Assembly: GCA_963702845.1 (NCBI GenBank)
Contig: OY969763.1
Location: 4,096,001-4,160,000 of the forward strand
Source of the DNA: an uncultured Verrucomicrobiae bacterium
Lineage (GTDB): Bacteria > Verrucomicrobiota > Verrucomicrobiia > Limisphaerales > Palsa-1400
Direction of reading: 5' to 3'
DNA length: 64,000 nucleotides
Both the position numbers and the translations under genes were made by a program. Shown here piece by piece: positions 43,173 to 53,576 of the stretch (positions within the stretch are counted from its first letter, which is position 1; each line of letters opens with the position of its first letter). The notes under the pieces are model-generated. The model did not search any database, had not been told where the DNA came from, and was given only the letters and a program-made list of their open reading frames with translations.

Positions 43173-43874
43173 TTAACCTTTCATCGCCTCGCTACGCGGA
43201 ACGATAGTAATACTGTCGACGTTGACGCGTTTATTCGGACGATCCGGCTGATGCGTCGGCGTCGTGGCAATTTTCTCGAGAACATCGTCGCCTTTGATCA
43301 ACTGGCCGAAAGCCGTGTATTGATGATCCAGAAACGTCGGATCACCGTGGCAAATAAAGAACTGGCTTCCCGCCGAATCAGGATCAGCCGAGCGCGCCAT
43401 CGAAAGCACACCGCGTTTATGGGAACGGTCGTTGAATTCCGCTTTGACTGAGTAACCCGGACCGCCGGTGCCCCATTCAGACTCGAGGCTGGCATCCTTC
43501 GTCTTTGGATCGCCGCCTTGAACCATAAAGCCCTTGATCACCCTATGAAACGCGGTGCCGTTGTAAAATCCTTTTTTCGCGAGCGTCTTAAAGTTCTCGA
43601 CCGTTTTCGGCGCGACGTCCGGCCAGAATTCGGCAACCATAGTTCCCTCACTCGTCTTAATCACCGCCACTTCATCATTCCCGCCGGCGGTTGTCGCCGC
43701 GGCAGTCGCATCGCTTTTCGCTCCCGAGGAAGCCGGCGCGGCGCTGGCCGATTTATTTCCGGAATTTGTGTTCGATTCGATTGACGATTTTCCGGCAGGC
43801 GCGGGCTCCTGATTACACGCAGTCAAAGCAAACGCAGCCACCAACGGCACTAAAAACAATTTGAAATATCTCAT
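43173..43874 (-). CDS. Cyclophilin-type peptidyl-prolyl isomerase, lipoprotein
   Basis: Lipobox LTAC, Ser/Ala linker, FHRVIKGFMVQGGD and SAGSQFF. Confidence 0.93.
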   Translation of the reverse strand: MRYFKLFLVPLVAAFALTACNQEPAPAGKSSIESNTNSGNKSASAAPASSGAKSDATAAATTAGGNDEVAVIKTSEGTMVAEFWPDVAPKTVENFKTLAKKGFYNGTAFHRVIKGFMVQGGDPKTKDASLESEWGTGGPGYSVKAEFNDRSHKRGVLSMARSADPDSAGSQFFICHGDPTFLDHQYTAFGQLIKGDDVLEKIATTPTHQPDRPNKRVNVDSITIVPRSEAMKG

Positions 43875-43982
43875 GGATACCGACATGTGCCACAACATTG
43901 CGGTTCTGTCGAGCCCTTGTGATTGACAGTGTGCAACCTGACGCACACCATCGACGGCATCGGTTATGCATAAAAACGAGCC

Positions 43983-45068
43983 ATGCGGTTCGATGCACTA
44001 ATTCCAGCGCAGCAATCGAGGGCGAGAACCGCTTTTACGCTGATCGAATTACTGCTGGTTTGCGCGATAATCTCGATACTTGCATCGTTACTCTTAGTCT
44101 CCGTCGGCAGGGCAAAACTCAAAGCACAACGCGTCTCCTGCATTTCGAACCTGCGTCAAATTGGTACTTCCTTCGTCATTTTCGCGCATGACGTCGAGCA
44201 TCGCGGCGAATTCCCCGCCAGAGTCTCAACCAATTCCGGCGGTGCGCTTGAATTTGTTCCGCCTCAGGTCGCGATTGCCGAAGTGTTCGAAGTCTTCGCG
44301 TGCGTCTCGAACGAATTAAGCACGCCCGCCGTCTTGCATTGTCCGACCGATCCACGAAATGCGGCAAAAAATTTCGGCTCACTTAAACCCGAGAACGTCA
44401 GCTATTTCGCAGGTGCCCAGGCCAGTCCAAATCAACCCGGCATCGTGGCTGCGGGCGACAGAAACGTCACATTTAAACCGGGAGGAGAATACGCGTGGAA
44501 TACCGAACTGCACCAATTCAAAGGCAACTTGCTATTCGGCGACGTGCACGTTGAACAACGCAACAGCTGGCCGGTCCTTCTCGCCATCAATTCGACCCTT
44601 CCACAAAACTCCGCGCCGCCATCACAAGATCCATCGCCAACAACACCCGACGCACCGGGATCACCAGCGCAACCGTCCGGTGCCAATTCCCCTTCTGCCT
44701 CGCCAAAAGAACCACCAGACAAACCTCAAAAACCGCCAGGTTCAGGTTCTCGATCATCAAACAGCCGAACCGCACGCGAAAGCTCATTTGCAGTGGATGA
44801 CCAAACATTTCCCGCGCATGCCACACCGCAACCACCGCCGGAGAAACCTCATGCCGCCCTCGCCACGTCAACTGAATCCGTCAACGCCGATGATGAACCC
44901 GATTCACCTCACGTGAGATTCTTTCAACACCTCATTCAAATCGGATTTTTCGTTTCGTTGCTGTGGGCCTTGATCATGTTGCTAGTGTTGCTCTGGAAAA
45001 AAATCCGCGAACGACGCACCGAAGAAGAAGACGCACTCGAGTTCTTGAATGGAAATGACGACGTCTAG
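43983..45068 (+). CDS. Prepilin-type N-terminal cleavage/methylation protein (DUF1559/H-X9-DG-like) with a Pro-rich stalk and C-terminal TM helix
   Basis: [27 protein letters not shown] and [14 protein letters not shown] motifs. Confidence 0.85.
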   Translation: MRFDALIPAQQSRARTAFTLIELLLVCAIISILASLLLVSVGRAKLKAQRVSCISNLRQIGTSFVIFAHDVEHRGEFPARVSTNSGGALEFVPPQVAIAEVFEVFACVSNELSTPAVLHCPTDPRNAAKNFGSLKPENVSYFAGAQASPNQPGIVAAGDRNVTFKPGGEYAWNTELHQFKGNLLFGDVHVEQRNSWPVLLAINSTLPQNSAPPSQDPSPTTPDAPGSPAQPSGANSPSASPKEPPDKPQKPPGSGSRSSNSRTARESSFAVDDQTFPAHATPQPPPEKPHAALATSTESVNADDEPDSPHVRFFQHLIQIGFFVSLLWALIMLLVLLWKKIRERRTEEEDALEFLNGNDDV

Positions 45069-45077
45069 TCGCACGAC

Positions 45078-45869
45078 TCAGCCCTGCTCTTTTATCCAAT
45101 CGAGCACCGCTTGCACGGCCCCGGCCAACGCCGCGGCGCGAATAGCCAGCGGCAGTTGCGACGGCGCTTTTAACGTGTAGGAAAGCTTCGTCTTGTGCGT
45201 CGCGAGGAACACAGCTTCGTTCCACTCGAAATTTGCGTAAGGATTGCCGTAAGCGCGAACCACTCCGTTGTCCGCCGGCATATCGTGAATCACGTCCGAG
45301 CGATCAATCGGACACACCCCGGCGACACGACTGATGATTTTCTTCGCGGGCGAGGCGATATCGTCTGGGTTCGATTCCCAGACATAAAAACCTTTCGTCG
45401 TGTGGTCTTCGTGCAAGCAGATCGTGAGGTCAAAATTCGGTTTCCGTTTCAGCCACGAAACATGCGTGCGAACTTCTTCCGTTTCGAGCTTGCGATAATC
45501 GGTATCGAGGTCAACGCCTCTCTCGTTCTGGCGCGAATTGCGATAGAAACCAGTCTGGTTGAGGCACGGACAAATCCACACTTCGGCGTGATCCGGAAAT
45601 GCTCCGGATTCCATCAATTGCGCAATCGCCAAGGGGCCGGCTGGTTCGTCGCCATGGATGCCGGTTGAAAGATAAATGCGTTTGTGAGGAAACCGGCTCG
45701 TGCGTCGATACGCCATCGCCGTAATCCGTTGTGGAAGTCGTTCGTCACTGACACTGACATTGTCTTGAACCCAAGGCGGCTTGGCAGCAAAAACGATGCG
45801 TTGGAGAACGCTTTGAATATCTATCGGTTCACCGCGATAGACCGGGTTATTTGTCTCGCACTCTTGCAT
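45078..45869 (-). CDS. M14 metallocarboxypeptidase-like (MpaA/AstE-type) protein
   Basis: GIHGDEPAG and CLHED zinc ligands. Confidence 0.8.
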   Translation of the reverse strand: MQECETNNPVYRGEPIDIQSVLQRIVFAAKPPWVQDNVSVSDERLPQRITAMAYRRTSRFPHKRIYLSTGIHGDEPAGPLAIAQLMESGAFPDHAEVWICPCLNQTGFYRNSRQNERGVDLDTDYRKLETEEVRTHVSWLKRKPNFDLTICLHEDHTTKGFYVWESNPDDIASPAKKIISRVAGVCPIDRSDVIHDMPADNGVVRAYGNPYANFEWNEAVFLATHKTKLSYTLKAPSQLPLAIRAAALAGAVQAVLDWIKEQG

Positions 45870-45920
45870 ACACGTCTACAGCCACCCCAATTAGCAAATC
45901 TTAGGCCACTCCCACTTTAG

Positions 45921-47219
45921 TTAATGCGATCCCGGCCCGACCTCGTAACGGCTGTTTGAAGCATTCCACACAAGACTTACGCTCTCCCCCACCATGCTAT
46001 CGGATTGTGCCGCCGACGTCCGCGCCTTCCCGACAGCAAAGCTAGTCGTAACCGCCTCATTAATACTGCGCACCGGCCCACCACTCGGCGCTCCCACAAA
46101 ACTATGGCCGATATTATATGGAAACGCCGGATTCCCGTTGCCATTGATCGCAACAAAGTATGCCCATGTTCCCTTCGGAAATTCCGGCGTCACACAAAAC
46201 CGAGCATTGCATTCGTCCAAATCGAACTCGCCCCCCTGCTTCTTACCGAGATCGCCCAAATAATCATTGTCCTCGATGTAACGACCAAGCGCGGCCCGGG
46301 CGCTCACGTTCGGACCAAACTCACTTGTCCGCAGCGGACCGCTCATGTGATAGGTACGCTCAGCCCATTTCGGCAACGATGTGCGACCCGTCAGCGCCAG
46401 ATTTTTCGTTCCGTTGTTACCGTCGCGAATGACGTACCCAGAAACCATCCGTCGCACCGCGCTTTTTGCATTCTTCGGGTCCGAATAACCATACGGTCCA
46501 TAAATCGGCAAACCATCTCTCGCCCACGCCAGAATCGGCGAATGTTTCGTCGGCTGCGTTGAACTCTCGTGATACCGATTATTCTTCGCATCGAAGTCGA
46601 CGTGATCGCCAAGTTGGTAACGCAACGCGATCGGATTCGCGTGATAGTGGTATTCAATCCTGGCCTGATGCGCCATGCCCGCGTCGAAGGTGATCCCTTC
46701 GTTAACATACGCGTCGCGGTTCCAAATCCCTTCCCCACGCGTATCTGCTCTGCCATCGAAATAAAAAACATCGCGATCATCGAACAACGCCACCCCGTTC
46801 ACAAAATATCCAATCGGCCCCAGACCGGTCAGACTCTTGGCATTTGCAATTGTTGGATTGCGCGGAATTCGATACGTCGTTTTGGTGTCCGCTGGATAAC
46901 TGGGAAACATCCGTGTCTTCGCTAAATCATTATACCAGGGCCCCATCACGTAGCTTGCCAATCCGCTGGTGTGAATATAAACCCAGTCGCGCGAGTAACT
47001 CACGTCATGAACACCCGCCAACACCGGCACGCTTTGCACCCCCGGACCCCGACTCCACGTCGTCACCGCATTCCCCACCCCCTGGTCGTTCGCCGTCGGA
47101 TACAACCGCGCATATTTCTCCGAATCTTTGGTGAACCAGCCCTCAATCCGCGGATCACCCGCAAACCCGTTGGTCGCGATGATCATCGCCATGCCCAGTG
47201 CAAACATCACCTGTTTCAT
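45921..47219 (-). CDS. YHYH-domain secreted protein
   Basis: IGYFVNGV, EYHYHANP, HSPILAWARDGLPIYGPYG and DLDECNAR motifs. Confidence 0.88.
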   Translation of the reverse strand: MKQVMFALGMAMIIATNGFAGDPRIEGWFTKDSEKYARLYPTANDQGVGNAVTTWSRGPGVQSVPVLAGVHDVSYSRDWVYIHTSGLASYVMGPWYNDLAKTRMFPSYPADTKTTYRIPRNPTIANAKSLTGLGPIGYFVNGVALFDDRDVFYFDGRADTRGEGIWNRDAYVNEGITFDAGMAHQARIEYHYHANPIALRYQLGDHVDFDAKNNRYHESSTQPTKHSPILAWARDGLPIYGPYGYSDPKNAKSAVRRMVSGYVIRDGNNGTKNLALTGRTSLPKWAERTYHMSGPLRTSEFGPNVSARAALGRYIEDNDYLGDLGKKQGGEFDLDECNARFCVTPEFPKGTWAYFVAINGNGNPAFPYNIGHSFVGAPSGGPVRSINEAVTTSFAVGKARTSAAQSDSMVGESVSLVWNASNSRYEVGPGSH

Positions 47220-47535
47220 ACCTTTACTAGACCACCGCAATGTAAAGCTCACGTGTTCCCAAGGAACAAAAATTGTAAAGGCGGTGTAAAACTTCTTTTT
47301 CACTTGGACGGTCTTTCGGCCGTTTTGCGATTGTTACGTTAGTTTTCACATTGGTCGCCGTTACATCCCGTAGCTACATGTGCCACGCCTAAACACAAAC
47401 AACCTCGTCTCCCCAACCCTCTTCTCCCTTTGGGGACGAGAGAGAGAAGGCCATCCACTTTGATCATGCCCTGTCACACCCTCTGCCGCGTTTATGTCGC
47501 TTGCTGAGGCGGGCGGGTCTGTTTAGTTTTGCGGT

Positions 47536-48024
47536 ATGGAACCTTTGCACGCGCCGTGGCGAATTGAGTATATCCTGGGTCCAAAGGGTTCGCCTGACAG
47601 TCCGCCGATTTTTAAAGCGATTGCGGATTCGAATGAGGATGAAAAGAACCTGGTGATTGTGCGCGACCGCACTTGTTTTGCCCTGCTGAATCGCTACCCA
47701 TACACCGGCGGTCATTTGATGACGGTGCCGTATAAACAAACGCCTGACTTGAATGGTTTGACGGATGAGGAATTGGCGGACCTGATCAAGCTGACGCGGC
47801 GCTGCCAGAATGCTTTAACGGCGGTGATGCAGCCGCAGGGTTTTAATATCGGCATCAACACGGGGCGCGTGGCGGGCGCGGGGATTGTGGAGCATGTGCA
47901 TATTCATGTGGTGCCGCGATGGAATGGGGACACGAATTTTATGCCGGTGATTGCGAAGACGACGGTGGTTCCGGAGGCACTGGTGGAGATCGCGGCGAAA
48001 CTACGGGTGGAACTCACAAGATAG
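47536..48024 (+). CDS. HIT-family nucleotide hydrolase (Ap4A phosphorylase-like)
   Basis: LHAPWR, NRYPY..GHLM and HVHIHVVPRW motifs. Confidence 0.92.
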   Translation: MEPLHAPWRIEYILGPKGSPDSPPIFKAIADSNEDEKNLVIVRDRTCFALLNRYPYTGGHLMTVPYKQTPDLNGLTDEELADLIKLTRRCQNALTAVMQPQGFNIGINTGRVAGAGIVEHVHIHVVPRWNGDTNFMPVIAKTTVVPEALVEIAAKLRVELTR

Positions 48025-48246
48025 CAGCAACAGCTTATCAACTCGGCCTCACCGAAAATACGGAGTTCGATCGCCGCAAACTTCAGAAAAAATAATTGAA
48101 CCGCAGAGGTCGCAAAGAACGCATAGAAGGGAGGGTGTTGCTTCGGCACGTCGGATTTCTTTGATCGTCAACGGACTTAAGTTCGCGCTCCGCAACGGAG
48201 ACGAAATAGTTTTTGAAAATGGGCGGTGAGTCGGTAGGCTGACGGC

Positions 48247-49701
48247 ATGCTGATCCGCTCACGTTTTTGGATTGTGTCGGCGTTTGCACTGGCGCTGACG
48301 TTGCCACTTTTTGCTTCGCCATTGGACGATGCCGCGGCGTTGCAGGATCGCGGCGAGTTTAAAAAGGCGGATGCGGTTTTGGCGGCGGCATTAAAAGCGA
48401 CTGATCTGCCAGCGGAGCAGCGCAAAAAAATGGAATGGGAGAAGGACCGCATTCAGCGCATCCGCAACGACTACTCTCTCACTGAAGATTCGCTTTACCC
48501 GAAAGTTGCGGGATCAGTTAAAAATCTGAAGCGGTCGGAATTTCAAAAATGGGTCGACCAAGGTTGGTTCGATGGGCGCGTTATCGACGGGAAGATGTAT
48601 TACGTCGGAACGAGCATCAGCAATTTGTTTTTCCGTCATGCGGAATTGAAATCGCGGCGCACGCCGCCGAAGGATGATTCACAGGAACAGAAGGACCGCT
48701 TGCAGATGGTGCGCGATATTGTTGCTGCGACGAAAAAAGAACATTCGCCGTATGTTTTGCCGAAGCATCTTAGATGCACGATGAGCGTCAGTGTTGCGAC
48801 GGATGCGGTGCCGGCTGGTGAAACGATTCGCGCGTGGCTGCCGATTCCGCGCCAGAATGATTTTCAGGACGGGATTAAATTATTGGACAGTTCCACGCCG
48901 GTAAAGGCAGTTGCGCCGTCGAGCAGCGCCATCCGGTCGGCATATATGGAGCAGACGGCGGTGAAGGGAAAGAAAACGACATTTCGTTTGGGTTATGAAT
49001 ATACGATTCGCTGCGTCCATTTTGATCTGGACCCGAAGAACGTGCAACGAACCGATGTGACGCAAGGTGAGTTGAAACGGTTCACATCGGAAGCGCCGCA
49101 CGTTGTTTTCTCGGACAAGATCAAGAGTCTCGTTCACGAACTTGCCGGTAACGAAACCAATCCGCTGCTAAATGCGAAGGCGTTTTACGATTGGATCGCC
49201 GGGAACATTCAATACAGCTACGCGCGCGAGTATTCGACGCTGACGAACATCAGCGATTATTGCTTTGCGAATCGATACGGCGACTGCGGGCAGGAAGCGA
49301 TGTTGTTTATCACGCTTTGCCGCGCGCAAGGAATCCCGGCGCGCTGGCAAACTGGCTGGGACCTTTTTCCGAACGCACATGACATCCATGATTGGACGGA
49401 AATTTATATCGCGCCTTATGGATGGATTCCGGTGGACGCGTGGGCCGGAATTTACACGCACCGTTACTGCACAGCATTGACACAGGCGCAGCGCGATGAG
49501 TTGCAGAACTTTTACTTCGGCGGGCTTGAGGGGTGGCGCATGATTGCGAACAGCGATCATAGCCAGCAGCTTGAACCACCCAAGCAGACGATGCGTTCAG
49601 ACGACATCGACTTTCAACGTGGCGAAGTGGAATGGAAGGGCGGGAATATTTATTTCGACAACTATTCGTATCACCTGCAGGTGGAGGAGTTGAAGGATTG
49701 A
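48247..49701 (+). CDS. Secreted transglutaminase-like domain protein
   Basis: GDCGQ...LCRAQGIPAR, HDWTE and GWIPVD catalytic-triad motifs. Confidence 0.88.
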   Translation: MLIRSRFWIVSAFALALTLPLFASPLDDAAALQDRGEFKKADAVLAAALKATDLPAEQRKKMEWEKDRIQRIRNDYSLTEDSLYPKVAGSVKNLKRSEFQKWVDQGWFDGRVIDGKMYYVGTSISNLFFRHAELKSRRTPPKDDSQEQKDRLQMVRDIVAATKKEHSPYVLPKHLRCTMSVSVATDAVPAGETIRAWLPIPRQNDFQDGIKLLDSSTPVKAVAPSSSAIRSAYMEQTAVKGKKTTFRLGYEYTIRCVHFDLDPKNVQRTDVTQGELKRFTSEAPHVVFSDKIKSLVHELAGNETNPLLNAKAFYDWIAGNIQYSYAREYSTLTNISDYCFANRYGDCGQEAMLFITLCRAQGIPARWQTGWDLFPNAHDIHDWTEIYIAPYGWIPVDAWAGIYTHRYCTALTQAQRDELQNFYFGGLEGWRMIANSDHSQQLEPPKQTMRSDDIDFQRGEVEWKGGNIYFDNYSYHLQVEELKD

Positions 49702-49767
49702 GGACCATTCCCGGCGTTGAAACGTTGGGCCGTTTTTAATCGTGCGTCGGAACAATCATTTACAATC

Positions 49768-50562
49768 ATGAACACTAAACGTGCGCTCGCGTGCGCTGTC
49801 GAGGCCGCTCAAAAAGTCGGCGAATTGATGCGCCGCAATCTGCGGGAAACCAAGACGATCAATGAACAGTCGCAGTTTGATATCAAACTGCAGTTGGATG
49901 TGCGCAGTCAGCAATTGATCACGAAAAAATTACTGGGTGCTTTTCCAGAGATTTCCATCCTCGGTGAAGAAGGTATTTCAGGAAAACAGGATTCGGAATG
50001 GCGCTGGGTCGTTGATCCAATTGATGGGACGGTGAATTTTACCTATGGCATTCCGCACGCGTGTGTCTCCATCGCGCTGCAGCAGAAAAAAGGCAAAGAC
50101 TACGTCTCGATGGCTGGCGTCGTTTATGATCCGTTCACGGACGAACTTTGGACGGCGATTCGCGGCGAAACTTCGAAGCTGAATGGCAAACCAATTCGCG
50201 TCAGCAAACGGGCAGAGCTCGGTGAGGCGATTATCGCGATTGGATTCGCGAAAAAGCGCGCGAGCCTGACGGAAAATTTGCCGGTGTTCAACAACCTCGT
50301 TCGCCAGGTCCGTAAGATGCGCATCATGGGCGCAGCAGCGCTGTCGTTGGTCTGGGTCGCGGCCGGGCGGTTTGATGCTTATGTAGAATCCGGAGTGCAA
50401 TTGTGGGATGTCGCGGCAGGAGCGTTGATTATCGAGTGCGCCGGAGGAGAATTTTATCACGAGGTGCTGAAGGATGGCGGAGTGCGGATGATTGCGAATA
50501 ACGGGTTGCTGCGGAAAAAGATTCAGCGGGTGGTAAAGGCGTCGAAGAAATTGAAGGTGTAA
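49768..50562 (+). CDS. Inositol monophosphatase family protein (SuhB-like)
   Basis: ILGEE, WVVDPIDGTVNF and WDVAAG motifs. Confidence 0.92.
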   Translation: MNTKRALACAVEAAQKVGELMRRNLRETKTINEQSQFDIKLQLDVRSQQLITKKLLGAFPEISILGEEGISGKQDSEWRWVVDPIDGTVNFTYGIPHACVSIALQQKKGKDYVSMAGVVYDPFTDELWTAIRGETSKLNGKPIRVSKRAELGEAIIAIGFAKKRASLTENLPVFNNLVRQVRKMRIMGAAALSLVWVAAGRFDAYVESGVQLWDVAAGALIIECAGGEFYHEVLKDGGVRMIANNGLLRKKIQRVVKASKKLKV

Positions 50563-50570
50563 ACGGACTG

Positions 50571-50597
50571 CGGCGCGCGCGGAGCGACGCGCCCTAC
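50571..50597 (-). repeat. GTAG-type REP-like palindrome
   Basis: Minus strand GTAGGGCGCGtcgctcCGCGCGCGCCG between convergent genes. Confidence 0.6.
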
Positions 50598-50598
50598 C

Positions 50599-51942
50599 TT
50601 AGGCCGGTTCTATTCCGTAGATTTTGATTTTGTTGTAGAGGGTTTGGCGGCCGATGCCGAGGCGCTTGGCAGTTTCCAGTTTGTTTCCGCCCGTTTCCTT
50701 GAGCATCTGGAGAATGGCGTTGCGCTCCATAGCTTCCATTAAGGTCAGATCTTCGCCCTCGCCTTGTTGCGCCATCACGGTTGTGATCGAAAGATCTTTC
50801 GCATCGATCATGTTTTCATCGCACATCAGGACCGCGCGTTGAATTTCATTTTGCAACTGGCGCACATTCCCGGGCCAATCGAAATTCTTAATTGCCTCAG
50901 TCGCCGCGGGCGTAAAGCCGCCGATATTGCGTCCAGCCTGGGCATCAAAACGCCGCAGAAACGAGGTCGCCAGCGGAATGATATCTTCGCGGCGTTCGCG
51001 TAGCGGCGGCAAATAAACCGTAATCGCGCTGATGCGGTAATACAAATCTTCGCGCAGTTTGCCCGATTTAATTGCGTCGTCCGTTTGGCGATTCGTGGCG
51101 GCGACAATGCGGCAATCGGTTTTATAACTGGTGCGACCGCCCACCGGACGCACTTCTTTTTCCTGCAAAACGCGGAGCAGTTTGCTCTGCGTGTCGATCG
51201 GCATCTCGGAAATTTCGTCGAGGAAGAGTGATCCGCCCTCGGCCTGACGAAACAGGCCTTCGCGATCCATGCTCGCTCCGGTGAACGCGCCTTTGACGGA
51301 ACCGAACAATTCACTTTCGATCAATTCGCGGGGCAACGCGGCACAGTTAATTTTGATGAGTGGCCCTTTGGCGCGCGGGCTCAAGAGATGAAGCAGATCA
51401 GCGATGACTTCTTTGCCTGTCCCGCTTTCGCCGGTGATCAAAATGGAAACGTCGCTTGGCGCAACCCGCTCGACCGTGCGCACCACGTTTTTCATGGGAG
51501 CACTTGTGAACACCGGAGAGGTCCCGCTGCTCATGGTTTGCAACGCCTGACGCAACGAACTGTTCACCTCGTTCTGTCGCTTGTGCTCGAGCGCGCGTTC
51601 CACAGTCAGCAGAAGCGGCTTTTCGTCGTAGGGTTTGCTTTGAAAATAATAGGCGCCGCGTTTGGTTGCCTCGACGGCGAGGTCGAAGGTCGCATTGCCA
51701 GTCAAAACGATGACCTCGGTCTCGGGCCATTGCTTTTTGATTTCAGGCAGCAGATCGAGCCCGTTCCCGTCGGGAAGCATGACGTCGAGAAGCAGAATGT
51801 CGGGCTGGCCATTTCCAAAAGCACTGGCGAGTTCGGCGGCGGATGATTTGGGGACGACTTCGTAGCCCGCGCGTTCGAGCTGCCGGCGCAGCAGATCACG
51901 GATTCCTTCCGTGTCATCAACCACCATGACTTTGGCTTTCAT
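50599..51942 (-). CDS. Sigma-54-dependent NtrC-family response regulator
   Basis: Receiver domain (VVDD, LLDVMLP), GESGTGKE, GAFTGA and a Fis-type HTH. Confidence 0.95.
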   Translation of the reverse strand: MKAKVMVVDDTEGIRDLLRRQLERAGYEVVPKSSAAELASAFGNGQPDILLLDVMLPDGNGLDLLPEIKKQWPETEVIVLTGNATFDLAVEATKRGAYYFQSKPYDEKPLLLTVERALEHKRQNEVNSSLRQALQTMSSGTSPVFTSAPMKNVVRTVERVAPSDVSILITGESGTGKEVIADLLHLLSPRAKGPLIKINCAALPRELIESELFGSVKGAFTGASMDREGLFRQAEGGSLFLDEISEMPIDTQSKLLRVLQEKEVRPVGGRTSYKTDCRIVAATNRQTDDAIKSGKLREDLYYRISAITVYLPPLRERREDIIPLATSFLRRFDAQAGRNIGGFTPAATEAIKNFDWPGNVRQLQNEIQRAVLMCDENMIDAKDLSITTVMAQQGEGEDLTLMEAMERNAILQMLKETGGNKLETAKRLGIGRQTLYNKIKIYGIEPA

Positions 51943-52703
51943 AGTTTCTTCGAACGGCTTTTTTGCGCCGCTTCCACAAAACTTTCAAAAATCTTTAAAA
52001 ACGTTTTATACCGGTCCAGCAGTCGTTCGGGGTGGAACTGCACCGTTAAAAAAAACGGCAACCGCGCCGCGTCCTTCAATTCTGTTACTTCCACTATACC
52101 ATCGCTACAGGTGGCTGTCACATGTAACGGGTCAGCGATTTTCCCTAAAGCTTGATGGTGTGTACTATTGACAGAGATTTTTTCCGCGCCGGTAATGCGA
52201 GCAAAAAGCGAACCGGGTTTGACGGAAATCTCATGCACCGGATCCGATTTGCGATCCATTTGTTTGTGCTGAAGCGCGCCGGGCACTTGCGTCGGAATAT
52301 CGACAATCAAGGTGCCGCCGAGCGCGACATTGATCATTTGGTGTCCGCGACAAATACCGAGGAGCGGCTTGCCTTGCGCAAACGTTTCCTCGATGAGGAG
52401 CTGTTCCCACGTATCACGTTCCGGTTCGATTCCACCCACTTTGCTGGCGAGGTCGGCCGAAATATTTTTGTCGTAAAGATGCGGCTGGATGTCGTCGCCG
52501 CCAGTGAGCAAAACGCCATCGCTACGCCGGACAAATTCCGAGACAATCGCGTGCGCGGTTGTGGATGGCAAAATTTGCGGCAGGCCACCGCCGGCAATGA
52601 CCGCTTCGGTGTAACGGTTCGACAAACTAATTGATGCGTCGGCGAATTCGGCGCCTTTGCGCTCGGTGCTGGGTGAAACCAAAATGATGGGACGATCGTT
52701 CAT
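51939..52703 (-). CDS. Gamma-glutamyl-gamma-aminobutyrate hydrolase family (peptidase C26)
   Basis: LLTGGDDI, LGICRG, VNSTHHQA and VQFHPE motifs. Confidence 0.92.
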   Translation of the reverse strand: MNDRPIILVSPSTERKGAEFADASISLSNRYTEAVIAGGGLPQILPSTTAHAIVSEFVRRSDGVLLTGGDDIQPHLYDKNISADLASKVGGIEPERDTWEQLLIEETFAQGKPLLGICRGHQMINVALGGTLIVDIPTQVPGALQHKQMDRKSDPVHEISVKPGSLFARITGAEKISVNSTHHQALGKIADPLHVTATCSDGIVEVTELKDAARLPFFLTVQFHPERLLDRYKTFLKIFESFVEAAQKSRSKKL

Positions 52704-52972
52704 TCGATCACAATGCCGGGGAATCGTTCGGCAATGATTTTGACGATGCGGCCTTCTTCTTCAGGGCGGAGCAAGAGCCGGGCAATGCGGCGCCGGACGG
52801 AATCAAGCAGCTCCAACCAATCTTCAATCGGCGGGTTCTCGACAAGTTCCCATTGATCAAATCGCTTGGCGCGTTTGTAGAAAACCCAATCTTTGCCGAC
52901 GTGCTGGGCGTAACACTGCAGAGTTGCGCCGCCTTCGGTTTCTCGTTTCCAACTGATTTCAGCTTTGGCCAT
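52700..52972 (-). CDS. Small hypothetical protein
   Basis: ATG starts 1 nt after the ispF stop and the stop overlaps the next ATG; MAKAEISWKR...DWLELLD. Confidence 0.7.
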   Translation of the reverse strand: MAKAEISWKRETEGGATLQCYAQHVGKDWVFYKRAKRFDQWELVENPPIEDWLELLDSVRRRIARLLLRPEEEGRIVKIIAERFPGIVIE

Positions 52973-52973
52973 G

Positions 52974-53465
52974 TTAGGACTCCGACGTTTCAGGCATGTC
53001 AACGGTGGCGACGGCCATCGCGGCAATCCCTTCTTCGCGACCAATGAATCCAAGTTTTTCGTTGGTGGTCGCTTTGATTCCAATTCGATTGATGTTAATC
53101 CCCAACGCGTCAGCAACCTGGATTTTCATCTCGTGGGCGTGTGGCATGATTTTGGGCGCTTCGGCGAGGACGGTCGCGTCCACATTGACAATTCTGCCGT
53201 TTCGAAACTTAACCTGCCGCGCGGCTTCCTGCAAAAAGACTTTGCTCGCCGCACCGCGCCAACGAGGGTCGGTGTTGGGGAAAAACTTGCCGATGTCTGA
53301 CTCGCCAATGGCGCCAAATATGGCGTCGCAAATCGCGTGCATCAAAGCATCCGCATCCGAGTGGCCGTCGAGACCTTTGGGATGTGGGATTTCAACGCCG
53401 CCGAGGACGAGTTTTCGGCCGGTGACGAGTGAGTGGATGTCGTATCCGATTCCTACGTGAACCAT
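52974..53465 (-). CDS. ispF: 2-C-methyl-D-erythritol 2,4-cyclodiphosphate synthase
   Basis: GIGYDIH, GHSDAD and KATTNEKLGF motifs. Confidence 0.97.
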   Translation of the reverse strand: MVHVGIGYDIHSLVTGRKLVLGGVEIPHPKGLDGHSDADALMHAICDAIFGAIGESDIGKFFPNTDPRWRGAASKVFLQEAARQVKFRNGRIVNVDATVLAEAPKIMPHAHEMKIQVADALGININRIGIKATTNEKLGFIGREEGIAAMAVATVDMPETSES

Positions 53466-53576
53466 AAGGGCGGAGTATGAAAAGTCGTTTCCAGTGTAAC
53501 AAGGAGAAAGCTCCAATTGCTTTTGGCCCTTGGAGCTTTTCGTTGATTGTACCCGCCTGCGCTTTACATTTTAGAC

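Noticed and set aside
50599..51942. Sigma-54 promoters regulated by the NtrC-like protein
   Set aside because: TGGCA-containing candidates near 935 and 35515 lack the correctly spaced TTGC -12 element.
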